From: Octopus bimaculoides
Taxonomy: Eukaryota
Assembly: GCF_001194135.2 (NCBI RefSeq)
Contig: NC_068983.1
Coordinates: 47,846,668-47,882,626, forward strand
Reading direction: 5' to 3'
Length of the DNA stretch: 35,959 bases
Shown here: piece by piece, positions 1-9,830 of the stretch
How positions within the stretch are numbered: the first letter of the stretch is position 1
How the letters are laid out: each line of letters opens with the position of its first letter
Made by a program: the position numbers and the translations under genes
Notes under the pieces: generated by a model
Database searches by the model: none
What the model saw: the letters and a program-made list of their open reading frames with translations, nothing else
Told to the model about the DNA's origin: nothing

Positions 1-71
1 GATGTTAGGGCTTCTATGCCAAGCCGGGCTGGATACAGATGTTCTTCGCAGGCTAGGTTCTTGTCTATTAT

Positions 72-158
72 TTATCGTGGTGAAGATGAATCACACAAAC
101 AGAATCGAAGAGAAGTGCCGCGATTAGCTGTTGGTAGCTTGTGTACGTGTAGAGTCAT
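72..158 (-). other. Short 28-aa ORF (MTLHVHKLPTANRGTSLRFCLCDSSSPR*), possible uORF in a putative 5'UTR
   Basis: The only ATG on the minus strand between the putative TATA box (387-394) and the window edge. Context is CAAC-ATG and the stop is TAA at 74-72. No recognisable homology. Confidence 0.2.
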
Positions 159-270
159 GTTGACGCTGGCGGGGACGATGCTGGTAGTCGTAGTGTCGTG
201 TTGCTGCTGGCGACGATGCTGGTAGTCGTAGTGTCCTGTTGACGCTGGCGGCGATGCTGGTAGTCGTAGT
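154..270. repeat. Three-copy GC-rich tandem repeat (41/38/38 bp)
   Basis: Units 154-194, 195-232 and 233-270 share GTC.TGTTG...GCTGGCG..CGATGCTGGTAGTCGTAGT. The period is not a multiple of 3. Confidence 0.9.
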
Positions 271-386
271 TGAACTATGGTGTTGATGTCGTCGATGGAA
301 ACTGGTTGCTGCTGTGTTACGCGTGTGTGGTCAAACGACCAGATCTATGATCTGAGCCGCGACGATTTGGCGAGTATAATTTAGGC

Positions 387-530
387 TATTTATAAAAAAA
401 TAGGGTCTCCAGGAAAGCATTAGAAGAACACTATCACGTGACCTTATTAGGGGCTGTGATTGGTCAGTTTGCGTTTTGGTGGGAACGGTACGAGGCAGTT
501 GCCGCTTCAAATAATAATCAGTCACGTGAT
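387..530 (-). promoter_or_regulatory. Candidate Pol II promoter: E-box, CCAAT, E-box, TATA, oriented leftward
   Basis: Read on the minus strand: ATCACGTGAC (530-521), CCAAT (463-459), GTCACGTGAT (442-433), TATAAATA (394-387), then a CpG-rich unique stretch (about 100-370). Motif evidence only. Confidence 0.5.
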
Positions 531-1077
531 GGATACAGTAGGCTACTCTCTACTACGCCCGAACTTGAATATATTTATAAGAGTGGGGAAGATGGTTTGT
601 TTGTATATAATGTCGATAGGTAGTTTCACNNNNNNNNNNNNNNNNNNNNNNNNNNNNNNNNNNNNNNNNNNNNNNNNNNNNNNNNNNNNNNNNNNNNNNN
701 NNNNNNNNNNNNNNNNNNNNNNNNNNNNNNNNNNNNNNNNNNNNNNNNNNNNNNNNNNNNNNNNNNNNNNNNNNNNNNNNNNNNNNNNNNNNNNNNNNNN
801 NNNNNNNNNNNNNNNNNNNNNNNNNNNNNNNNNNNNNNNNNNNNNNNNNNNNNNNNNNNNNNNNNNNNNNNNNNNNNNNNNNNNNNNNNNNNNNNNNNNN
901 NNNNNNNNNNNNNNNNNNNNNNNNNNNNNNNNNNNNNNNNNNNNNNNNNNNNNNNNNNNNNNNNNNNNNNNNNNNNNNNNNNNNNNNNNNNNNNNNNNNN
1001 NNNNNNNNNNNNNNNNNNNNNNNNNNNNNNNNNNNNNNNNNNNNNNNNNNNNNNNNNNNNNNNNNNNNNNNNNNNNN

Positions 1078-1185
1078 TCCCAAACCGGATGGAGGTTTGC
1101 GTTTTTGAGCAAAGCGCTTCATTTCACGTTGCTCAGCGATCATTCCCTCATCTGACAAGGTGCACCTGTACAGGTAATCTCAGTT
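1078..1185 (+). mobile_element. SINE family D fragment (head lost in gap)
   Basis: TTGAGCAAAGCGCTTCATTTCACGTTGCTC matches the body of the minus-strand copy at 19200-19445. Confidence 0.55.
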
Positions 1186-1284
1186 TTATGGAGAGAGTGA
1201 GTTTATGTATACACAAACATTTGAAATCTATAAACAAATCATCTATGTGATTGTCCAGTTAGAAATTATCAAACCTCATACGTC

Positions 1285-1450
1285 GTCTAACGACGGGCGA
1301 GTCCATGATATACAACAGACTTCCGTGCAATTTCTGTCTAGCAACTACACTCCCACAACGTACTAATCGGCCCGGGGCAGTGGTACTGCATTCAAAATAA
1401 TGATGCTGCAAAGCAAGCTTCTTACCCACACTGCTATACACGGATCTTTT
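1285..1450 (-). mobile_element. Degenerate SINE family C remnant
   Basis: ACGACGGGC...TTTCTGTCTAGC...TCGGCCCGGGG...CTTCTTACCCACAC is a diverged reverse complement of the family C 5' half. Confidence 0.5.
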
Positions 1451-1528
1451 ATGCTCATTATTAACATCAAAAGGGCTGTGAGCGGGCAGAACCGTTAGCA
1501 ACGTTGGCTGGCAGGAAAACCGTTAGCT

Positions 1529-1761
1529 TAAGGCGGTGAGCTGGCAGAAACGTTAGCACGCCAGGCGAAATGCTTAGCGGGATTTCGTCTGCTGTTACGT
1601 TCTGAGGTCAAATTCCGCCGTGGTAGACTCTTAGCCTTTCATCCTTTCAGGGTCGATAAATCAAGTACCAATTGAGTATTGGTGTCATTGTAATTGACAA
1701 TCCCCAAATTTCAGACTTTGTGCCTATGGCAGAAAGGATTATCATTATTATCATTATTATT
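1529..1761 (+). mobile_element. SINE family B, full length with ATT/ATC tail
   Basis: TAAGGCGGTGAGCTGGCAGAAACGTTAGC head, B-box-like GGTCAAATTCC, CCTTTCATCCTTTCAGGGTCGATAAA core, and tail at 1738-1761. Confidence 0.85.
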
Positions 1762-2070
1762 GTTCAGTAGTTTTATTTTTATAACGTGCTTTCACTTCAC
1801 TACCGAGCGCAGCTCTGTGTGCCTTGGGTATGTGCTGTTGTTTGCTGTGATGCTCTTATGGTTACTGTATTGAAAGTGTTTTGCGTAGAATGTGTGCAGT
1901 GCCCAGTAGTGCAATTTTCTGTATGTTATATATATTTGTAAGTCCTGGTGTTTTTGTTATGTATTTGTCTGAATATTTTTTATCATACCTAAGGCACCTA
2001 CTACGATAGGAATTGTTTCTGTTTTTAGATTCCACATTCGAGTTACCTATATCTCCAGGTCTTTGTCTTT

Positions 2071-2072
<2 letters not shown>
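1762..2072 (-). mobile_element. 5'-truncated R4/Dong-like (RLE-type) non-LTR retrotransposon 3' end
   Basis: The minus strand encodes YKDKDLEI*VTRMWNLKTETIPIVVGALGMIK, then a 1-nt frameshift in an A run, then KYSDKYITKTPGLTNIYNIQKIALLGTAHILRKTLSIQ* (stop at 1862). This is the typical C-terminus of RLE-type elements. A 100-bp 3'UTR follows and (AAT)n lies on both sides. Confidence 0.85.

Positions 2073-2152
<80 letters not shown>
2073..2152. repeat. (ATT)n microsatellite
   Basis: Perfect trinucleotide run; source of the poly-Ile ORF. Confidence 0.97.
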
Positions 2153-2560
2153 CATAACCTATTTTATTATAACCTATTAGTTTTATGACTGACCTCACTC
2201 CTTTGATTCGATGTCAACCGCCTTTGTATTTCGCATTGACTCTATCTCCGTTGTCTTCTGATCTTGTAGCAGTTAAATAAATCATTAATGTTAGTGTTAT
2301 TAAAAATATCACTAAGATTGCAGAAACAGTGAAACCCGGGAAAAAAAACAGAGATTTGTTATATTCTTATTTGTTGAGAGTATCAAGTGTCACGGAGTTG
2401 AATTTATCTTTGATCCTGTCGGAGCTGTCAATAAAATAATTTTAATAAGTAATAAGCCGAAAATCTATTCAAACAGCTATACGCCAACATTGTAAACTGT
2501 TGACCCAATTATCACTATTTTATTACAATATAATATAAATGAGTCATTATTACGTGTTAG

Positions 2561-2621
2561 ACACCAAGAACAAGTAGAAAGAAAAGAATCTTTAATGATA
2601 GCAGAGAGAAAATATTACAAG
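2561..2621 (+). CDS. Candidate internal exon (unverified)
   Basis: gttAG/.../AAG-GTCAGT, 61 nt, open as HQEQVERKESLMIAERKYYK. The polypyrimidine tract is weak and no homology is recognised. Confidence 0.15.
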
Positions 2622-3124
2622 GTCAGTACATAAATTAAAACGTATTTACAGCATTTTGTCATTGTGTTCACCAAAATATCAAATTTGCTTCGTTTCACAA
2701 ATACATTCTAGTCTTAATAAATTTTGACTAATTGAAATTCTGGTCTTTTTCCTCGTGTCTTTCGTAACAAGAATTATCCATTAAGACAATTATTTTCTAC
2801 GCAATATTTGCATAAATTTAATTAAATTAGAACGTCCACACCGCTACATTAATTGTTAAATCCATTTATTTTTTTATATATGAGAAAATACATTGTCAAG
2901 TTACAAGGTATGTTTAAACATATAACAAGGATTCATAACATAAGAATAAAAAGAGAAACGAAATTTTAAAGGGACAGAAGTATAGCCGATTATATCGACC
3001 CCTGTGTGTGTCAGGTACAAAGAAGAATGAAAAGCAAATATCTCCGCACATGGACCTAAGGCCAGAATTACCAAAAAAAAAAAAAAGAAGGTAACTGTAT
3101 TCCACAGGCTCAAATTTGTTGTGG

Positions 3125-3326
3125 GTTCAAGGTCTGAATTTCGGGGTAGGGAGCTAGTCGATTTACATCTACCCCAGTACGCAACTGGTACTTATGTTTT
3201 CGACCTCTAAAAGAATGAAAGGCAAAGTTGATTTCGGTGAAATTTGAATTCGGAACGTAAAGTCCGACAAAATGTCGCTAAGCATTTTGTCCGGCGTGCA
3301 AAAGATTCTGCTTGCTTGCCGCCTTA
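3125..3326 (-). mobile_element. SINE family B (a more decayed fragment lies at about 2960-3040)
   Basis: Reverse complement of the family B head, core and CTGGGGT(A)GAT..TCGAC module. Confidence 0.8.
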
Positions 3327-3362
3327 GCATCAGTCAAATAATATACCAGTTATGTACTGTGG

Positions 3363-3598
3363 TTGAAAGAAGCCCGTCGTATATATAATTATATATATGT
3401 TTGTCCTGCAACTATCGATTGACTACCGATATTGGTGTGTTTATGTCCCCGTAACTTAGCGGTTCGGAAAAAAGAGATCGATAGAATAAGTACTAGGCTT
3501 ACAAAGAATAAGTTCTGGGGTTGATTTGCTCGGCTAAAGGCGGTACTCCAGCAAGGCCGCAGTCAAATGACCGAAACAAATAACAATAAAAGAATAAA
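3363..3598 (+). mobile_element. SINE family C, 3' two-thirds
   Basis: GAAAGAAGCCCGTCG-(TA)n-...CCCCGTAACTTAGCGGTTCGG...GGCCGCAGTCAAATGAC..AAAAGAATAAA. Confidence 0.85.
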
Positions 3599-3679
3599 TG
3601 TTTCTTTCTGTCATGCCTGGTCTTGTGCTGCTGAATTAGTTGTTGGGATTTATAGTTTTGTGGTCTATAACGTAAATAG

Positions 3680-3874
3680 CGGAAAATGAATTCAAAGAAA
3701 ACAATTCTCTCCTAAAAAAACCGCAAAGAAACAAAACAAAANNNNNNNNNNNNNNNNNNNNNNNNNNNNNNNNNNNNNNNNNNNNNNNNNNNNNNNNNNN
3801 NNNNNNNNNNNNNNNNNNNNNNNNNNNNNNNNNNNNNNNNNNNNNNNNNNNNNNNNNNNNNNNNNNNNNNNNNN

Positions 3875-3924
<50 letters not shown>

Positions 3925-4350
3925 GTGTGTGTGTGTGTGTCTGGGGAAAGAAGAGAGAAAAATATCGGAGCACCCCACCCCGAAAAAGAACAAAATTCTT
4001 AAGAAAACGTCGCAGGAAAGTAACTCACCGCAAGTTGTCACAAGCGAAAACCACAAAGGACAGAACGCCATAGGAAAAAAAAAGTCACATGAAAAAAGGG
4101 ACAGGAAATATTCCACTGGAAATAGAAGCATATATATGTAAAATTGCATACATAAAGTTACAGGATAAAAGGGAGAGAGAAATAGAACAGGAAAATAAGG
4201 CTTAGAAATAAAAAAAAAAAAAAAAACCCACAAGAGAAAGACTATAAAAATGTCGCCGGAAAAGCCAAAGGAAAATATAATGAAAAAAAAAAAATCACTG
4301 ATAAATGTTATAGAAAAAAAAAATCACAGGAAAACCTCAAAGGAAAACTT
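3680..4350 (+). repeat. Degenerate A-rich minisatellite-like array (consensus about GTCACAGGAAAAAA), interrupted by a gap and (GT)n
   Basis: Recurrent variants include gtcgcaggaaag, gtcacatgaaaaaa, gttacaggataaaa, gtcgccggaaaa and atcacaggaaaa. The strand A bias is strong. Confidence 0.6.
3875..3940. repeat. (GT)n microsatellite
   Basis: Direct read; abuts a gap. Confidence 0.95.
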
Positions 4351-4544
4351 CAGTGAAGACTGATTGATGCTTATTTTTGTTTCATTGTTTTAGGATATTC
4401 AAGAGAACGTGATTTTTTTTCTCTCGTTCGTGTAATATACTGTTATATTAATTATGTTGTCATTGTCTGTAAGTAATGTATTGTCAGTTAATCAGACTTA
4501 TTTCATTACTTTAACAATTATGTTGTTTAAATGAGATGTGACAT

Positions 4545-4659
<115 letters not shown>

Positions 4660-5450
4660 NNNNNNNNNNNNNNNNNNNNNNNNNNNNNNNNNNNNNNNNN
4701 NNNNNNNNNNNNNNNNNNNNNNNNNNNNNNNNNNNNNNNNNNNNNNNNNNNNNNNNNNNNNNNNNNNNNNNNNNNNNNNNNNNNNNNNNNNNNNNNNNNN
4801 NNNNNNNNNNNNNNNNNNNNNNNNNNNNNNNNNNNNNNNNNNNNNNNNNNNNNNNNNNNNNNNNNNNNNNNNNNNNNNNNNNNNNNNNNNNNNNNNNNNN
4901 NNNNNNNNNNNNNNNNNNNNNNNNNNNNNNNNNNNNNNNNNNNNNNNNNNNNNNNNNNNNNNNNNNNNNNNNNNNNNNNNNNNNNNNNNNNNNNNNNNNN
5001 NNNNNNNNNNNNNNNNNNNNNNNNNNNNNNNNNNNNNNNNNNNNNNNNNNNNNNNNNNNNNNNNNNNNNNNNNNNNNNNNNNNNNNNNNNNNNNNNNNNN
5101 NNNNNNNNNNNNNNNNNNNNNNNNNNNNNNNNNNNNNNNNNNNNNNNNNNNNNNNNNNNNNNNNNNNNNNNNNNNNNNNNNNNNNNNNNNNNNNNNNNNN
5201 NNNNNNNNNNNNNNNNNNNNNNNNNNNNNNNNNNNNNNNNNNNNNNNNNNNNNNNNNNNNNNNNNNNNNNNNNNNNNNNNNNNNNNNNNNNNNNNNNNNN
5301 NNNNNNNNNNNNNNNNNNNNNNNNNNNNNNNNNNNNNNNNNNNNNNNNNNNNNNNNNNNNNNNNNNNNNNNNNNNNNNNNNNNNNNNNNNNNNNNNTTTT
5401 TTTTTTTTTTTTTTTGAGTTTGTTTCGTAACCAAAATTGTCACTGTAGTA

Positions 5451-5626
5451 GCAGGCGTGGGTATATGGTTAAGACGATCTCTTTACTCTCTTGTAGTTTC
5501 GGGTTCAGTCCTAATGTGCGGCATCTGGGCAAGTGTCTTCTACTATAGCCCCGAGTCGACAAATGCTCGGTGAATGAATGTGGTTGGCGAAAACTGTAAA
5601 ACTCCGTCGCATATAAATGCATATGT

Positions 5627-5658
<32 letters not shown>

Positions 5659-5862
5659 GTACGTGTGTGCCTTTCTGTTTGTTTACCACCACTGCTGGTT
5701 TGTTTATGTCTCCGTAACTTAGCGGTTCAGCAAGTGAGTCCATAGGATTAGCACCAAACTTAAAGCATATACTGGGGTCGATTTTTTTTCGACTAGACTA
5801 TTGAACGCAGTGTTGTAGCATGAGCGCAGTCCAATGATTGAAACAAACGAAAGGTAAAAGAT
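5451..5862 (+). mobile_element. SINE family C, near full length, diverged
   Basis: tRNA-like head (GGTTAAG...GGGTTCAGTCC), CORE-like TGGGCAAGTGTCTTCTACTATAG, internal (AC)n, and CTGGGGTCGAT..TTCGAC. Confidence 0.8.
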
Positions 5863-5912
5863 AGATGATTCAGCAACGCCTCTCTAACAAAACTTAAGCC
5901 TCTTGCGTATAT

Positions 5913-6228
5913 CAAGGGTTCTCAACCGTTTTTTTTTTTATCAATGGACACTTTTGATTACTATTTTATTCTGGTGGATCCCCATCACCATTTGATGATT
6001 AAAAACTAGTTTTATAGAAACTTCTTACAAAATAACGTATTTTACTTTCCACACATTAAATTATGTAGGTTGAACAATGTAAAATGTAGAGAAAGGAACC
6101 CAGCTGTTTCGTGCAATAACTACCAGAAGTTAAGTATAATTTTTTCAGGGCCCCTTAAAATATTGTTGTGGATCCTTAATTGTTGCGTGGACTCCACGGA
6201 CCTTATTGACCTCGGTTGAAAACTACTG
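5913..6228. mobile_element. hAT (Charlie-like) MITE, old
   Basis: Imperfect TIRs CAAGGGTTCTCAACCG (5913-5928) and CGGTTGAAAACTACTG (6213-6228). The 8-bp flanks GCGTATAT/CACTATAT share a central TA. GGA(C/T)CC-like subterminal repeats are present. Confidence 0.7.
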
Positions 6229-6244
6229 CACTATATTAAAAGTC

Positions 6245-6631
6245 GTGGAGGCGCAATGGCCCAGTGGTTAGGGCAGCGGACTCACAGTCATAGGATCGCG
6301 GTTTCGATTCCTAGACCGGGCGTTGTGAGTGTTTATTGAGCGAAAATACCTAAAGCTCCACGAGGCTTCGGCAGGGGATGGTGGTGAATCCTGCTGTACT
6401 CTTTCACCACAAATTTCTCTCACTCTTACTTCCTGTTTCTGTTGTGCCTGTAATTCAAAGGGTCAGCCTTGTCACACTGTGTCACGCTGAATATCCCCGA
6501 GAACTGTATTAAGGGTACACGTGTCTGTGGAGTGCTCAGCCACTTGCACGTTAATTTCACGAGCAGGCTGTTCTGTTGATCGGATCAACTGGAACCCTCG
6601 TCGTCGTAAGCGACGGAGTGCCAACAACAAA
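6245..6631 (+). mobile_element. SINE family A (tRNA-derived), full length
   Basis: A box TGGCCCAGTGG, B box GGTTTCGATTCC, (CAA)n tail, and perfect 12-bp TSD ATATTAAAAGTC (6233-6244, 6632-6643). Confidence 0.92.
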
Positions 6632-7260
6632 ATATTAAAAGTCATTCCTGGCAGTCGTGGTAGAACATGGCGCATAAATGCTGTTGTGGTTGTGTCCTGC
6701 GTTCAAACACGTCAAGATGAAATTTTCTTCTTTTTAAATGACATCAATCTACATTAAAGTACTACAAGTAATTGTAATTTTTCACCTATGTTATAAATCA
6801 TAATTATTACCTAATTATTACATTTACACATACCTGCTGACCTGCTAAACTATCATCTTACACGTTTACCCCCTAATCTTTTCCATCTGCTAACATTAAA
6901 GTTTCTTATGTGATTAAAATCTTTTTTAGTTCTTTTGTTTTGCTATCAAGTAAACTAAGCAACTAAACTGTTCGTTAAGAATACACACTTCTCTGTTGAG
7001 TTAACATATGTTGACATTCACGAGAATTTACCTGTGAACATGTTGACAGAAACAACAGTTTCTTGGCAAATTAAACAGGTGTCGCCTATGTCGTTTAGTT
7101 GTTTACCTTGTTTCAATGTTGCATCCCTTAGGTTTAAAAGTATGTGCTCCTTCGGACAGTATGTAATTATAAGCGATGTATGTACATATGTATGTACTTA
7201 TATGTGTGTGACTGTGCGTGTCTGCGTGTATGTCTGTATGTAAATATGTAGAACTACATG

Positions 7261-7323
<63 letters not shown>
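7261..7323. repeat. (TCTA)n microsatellite
   Basis: Direct read. Confidence 0.97.
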
Positions 7324-7324
<1 letters not shown>

Positions 7325-8169
7325 GCTAGATATGATACATATATGTACATATACATAGGTGGCGTGAAGGTTCAGCCGATAAATAGGACATACATCCTGG
7401 AGAGCTAACGATGAGCCCATAAAATATCTGACCCCTCTTTGCCTGTTTGATTTTCGAAAAAATTCTCCACTCTTAACTGGGTCCAAAAGTAGTCATATTT
7501 CGCCTTCTAAAATTTTTCTATTGGGGCTCTGTTTATATTCATACATTCATACATGCATAAATACACGCACGCTCACACATCCACTCGCTGCTAATTATAA
7601 TCTATCGAATTATTCTGTAGAGAATTAGACTATTATGAATTAGATGTTAGCAACAGAAGCAGCCTTTGTAATGAAGCACATTCGACCTAACCTGGGTGTT
7701 ATTTATAACGCCGTAGACTGAGATATATTTTCCGAGAAATCATCTTGTGTAGACGACAGATGCTATAAAGTGCAGATAATCGGTTGATAAAATTTCGTCA
7801 AAACCGCTAGATGGAACTGTTGTATCACGTGATTTCACCACAAATTGCGGATCGTCTACAACAGGCAACCGAACATCGAATATCAGATCGAAAATCAGTG
7901 AAAATGATAATATTTAACTATGGCTAAAACGTCAGTGATGTTAGAAAAGCTGGTGGACTGTGTATAAACTAGCTATTAGATATTGGGTGCTACAGTTAAT
8001 TCGATTAACTTGATTGAGAGAGTAAAGTGTGACTAACCGTATAAAACAGCTTGCTGATTGAGCTTAAAGAGCTTTTGTCCCACTTCGAACAACCTATTCA
8101 GATATTAGTGTCAGCTGACAAAACTAAAGAGTTAAATGAACTCGATAGAAGTTTTATAATACAGCTCTG

Positions 8170-8322
8170 CTTATGTTCTGAGTTCAAATTCCGCCGAGGA
8201 CGATTTTGCCTTTCATTCTTTCGAGGTCAATAAATTAAGTACCAAATGCGTACTGGGGTCGATCTAATCGACTGGCCCCTCCCCCAAAATTTCGGGCCTT
8301 GTGCCTAGAGTAGAAAAGATTA
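8170..8322 (+). mobile_element. SINE family B, 5'-truncated
   Basis: GAGTTCAAATTCCGCCGAGG...CTGGGGTCGATCTAATCGAC...TGTGCCTAGAGTAGAAAAG. Confidence 0.88.
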
Positions 8323-8800
8323 TACAGCCCTGCAATACAACATCCATATGTACAAGAAACTTGTTCCAGAACTTACAAAGTTCGAGATACCTAGGCAGTA
8401 ATTTAAATATAAAAGACCCAGTAGAGGACATGAACCCATGTAAGCAGTACCCATTGCTTAAAGATCCTAAAAATAATTTTGTAGAGATACCCTATGAAAA
8501 GTGAATTGGGTACAACCGGTAGGAATATATTAAAAGGCAGCAACACCAGGGGAAGCTACTTATCGAAGACAATGGAACTGCCCTTACGCTATCAGGTGAT
8601 TCAGTAATATTCTGAATAAGGCAAATTGTATGCTTGTACCCGTGTGGCATCGTGGAGTTCTATACTTACTTCTCCAGGGAATTGTTCCTACGGTCTTTGA
8701 AATCCGGTAAATTCAGCAGCGAGAAAACTGATGATGATGCTAACATAATCTTAAATACATGATGCATTAGTAATAATTCTTTTCGGGTAAAGAAGAATTG

Positions 8801-9018
8801 GTTTCAAATTTTGGCACAGGGCCAGCAAGTTGGGAGGAGGAGTAAGTTGATTACATTGATATCAGTCCTCAACTGATACTTATTTTATCGATCCTGAAAA
8901 AGGATGCAAGGTAAAGTCAATCTCAGCGGAATTTGAACTCAGAGCGGACGAAATGCTGCTAAACATTTTGCCCAGCATGCTAACGATTCTGCCAGCTTCC
9001 CGCCAAATTACCTTTCAT
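8801..9018 (-). mobile_element. SINE family B with 16-bp TSD
   Basis: GGGTAAAGAAGAATTG at both 8785-8800 and 9019-9034 flanks a reverse-oriented family B body. Confidence 0.85.
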
Positions 9019-9108
9019 GGGTAAAGAAGAATTGAAATGAACTTTTTGACGTCTATTCGGGTAGTTACAATGGCGTGGATGTATGTAACTTAGTTGGTTT
9101 GTTCTTAG

Positions 9109-9198
9109 GGATATAGAGATAATGGACTAGGCATAACCGACAAAATAAACGGAGGCACAAAATCACTAGTTACCGAAAATTATGATGAATATACTCAG
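9109..9198 (+). CDS. Candidate exon (unverified; would need a GC donor)
   Basis: ttggtttgttcttAG/ acceptor followed by 30 open codons, GYRDNGLGITDKINGGTKSLVTENYDEYTQ, then GCAATT. Confidence 0.12.
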
Positions 9199-9830
9199 GC
9201 AATTATTTGGTTTTAAACCCACAGTTAATACCAATCTTATGTGCAACTTATATTTCAGATATCTCTCTATGTAGTATTGTCGCTAATATCGGCGAAACGT
9301 TATTATCGCTTACGCAATCGGCTATACCACCTCTAAATCCATAATCTATTTTTCACAGAACTTGCCACAATGTAATCTGTAGAATCACAAACCTGCTATT
9401 GTTAGTTATCTGTTACACCATTTCTATAATACAAAATATAGCTTTTTTTCTTAAAAAGAAACTTATGGTCGAAAATTTCCATCTGATCGTCTTGAAGAAG
9501 TCAGTGGATGATTCAATCCTGAATATACAGTCCTGTATGAAAATTTGATGTAAATGCTATAATAATAATAATTGATCTTGATTACAGGTCTACTTGTTAA
9601 CCGCTGGCCAAAGGCTGAAAAAACAACAATGTATGTATTTCACAATCTTTCTGGTTGTGTTTTCTGCTTTTGCAACGGGAGAGAAAAATTTTCGTTGGCG
9701 AAAGGATTGACAAGCCTGATTGATTGAGCCAGCGATTATAGAATGAACTTGCTAAACGATTAACCAATTGACTAATAATGATTTCAAATGTTGTTACAAG
9801 GACAGCATTCTGGGAGAGGTGGAAAGTCAA

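Noticed and set aside
154-270. 38-bp direct repeats as a CRISPR array
   Set aside because: The units are contiguous with no unique spacers, there are no cas genes, and the context is eukaryotic.
6245-6330. tRNA gene in the SINE-A heads (also 30206, 30864)
   Set aside because: A and B boxes are present, but there is no complete acceptor stem or clean anticodon arm. The heads continue into a shared SINE body bounded by TSDs.
7030-7170. Minus-strand peptide ..GDTCLICQETVVSVNMFT resembling a hAT/SPIN zinc-finger start
   Set aside because: The expected downstream YNLxRHYxxxH motif is absent and a stop follows shortly; likely chance.
8051-8233. 60-aa ORF LIELKELLSHFEQPIQILVSADK as a transposase remnant
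   Set aside because: The resemblance is vague, a stop lies immediately upstream, and the 3' third is SINE-B sequence.
9109-9140. DNGLGI as a GHKL ATPase motif
   Set aside because: Five or six residues only, with no flanking GHKL motifs.
9158-9172. 14-nt ACAAAATCACTAGT match to the complement of miR-7
   Set aside because: The seed portion is not matched and no hairpin is present; a match of this length is plausible by chance in AT-rich DNA.
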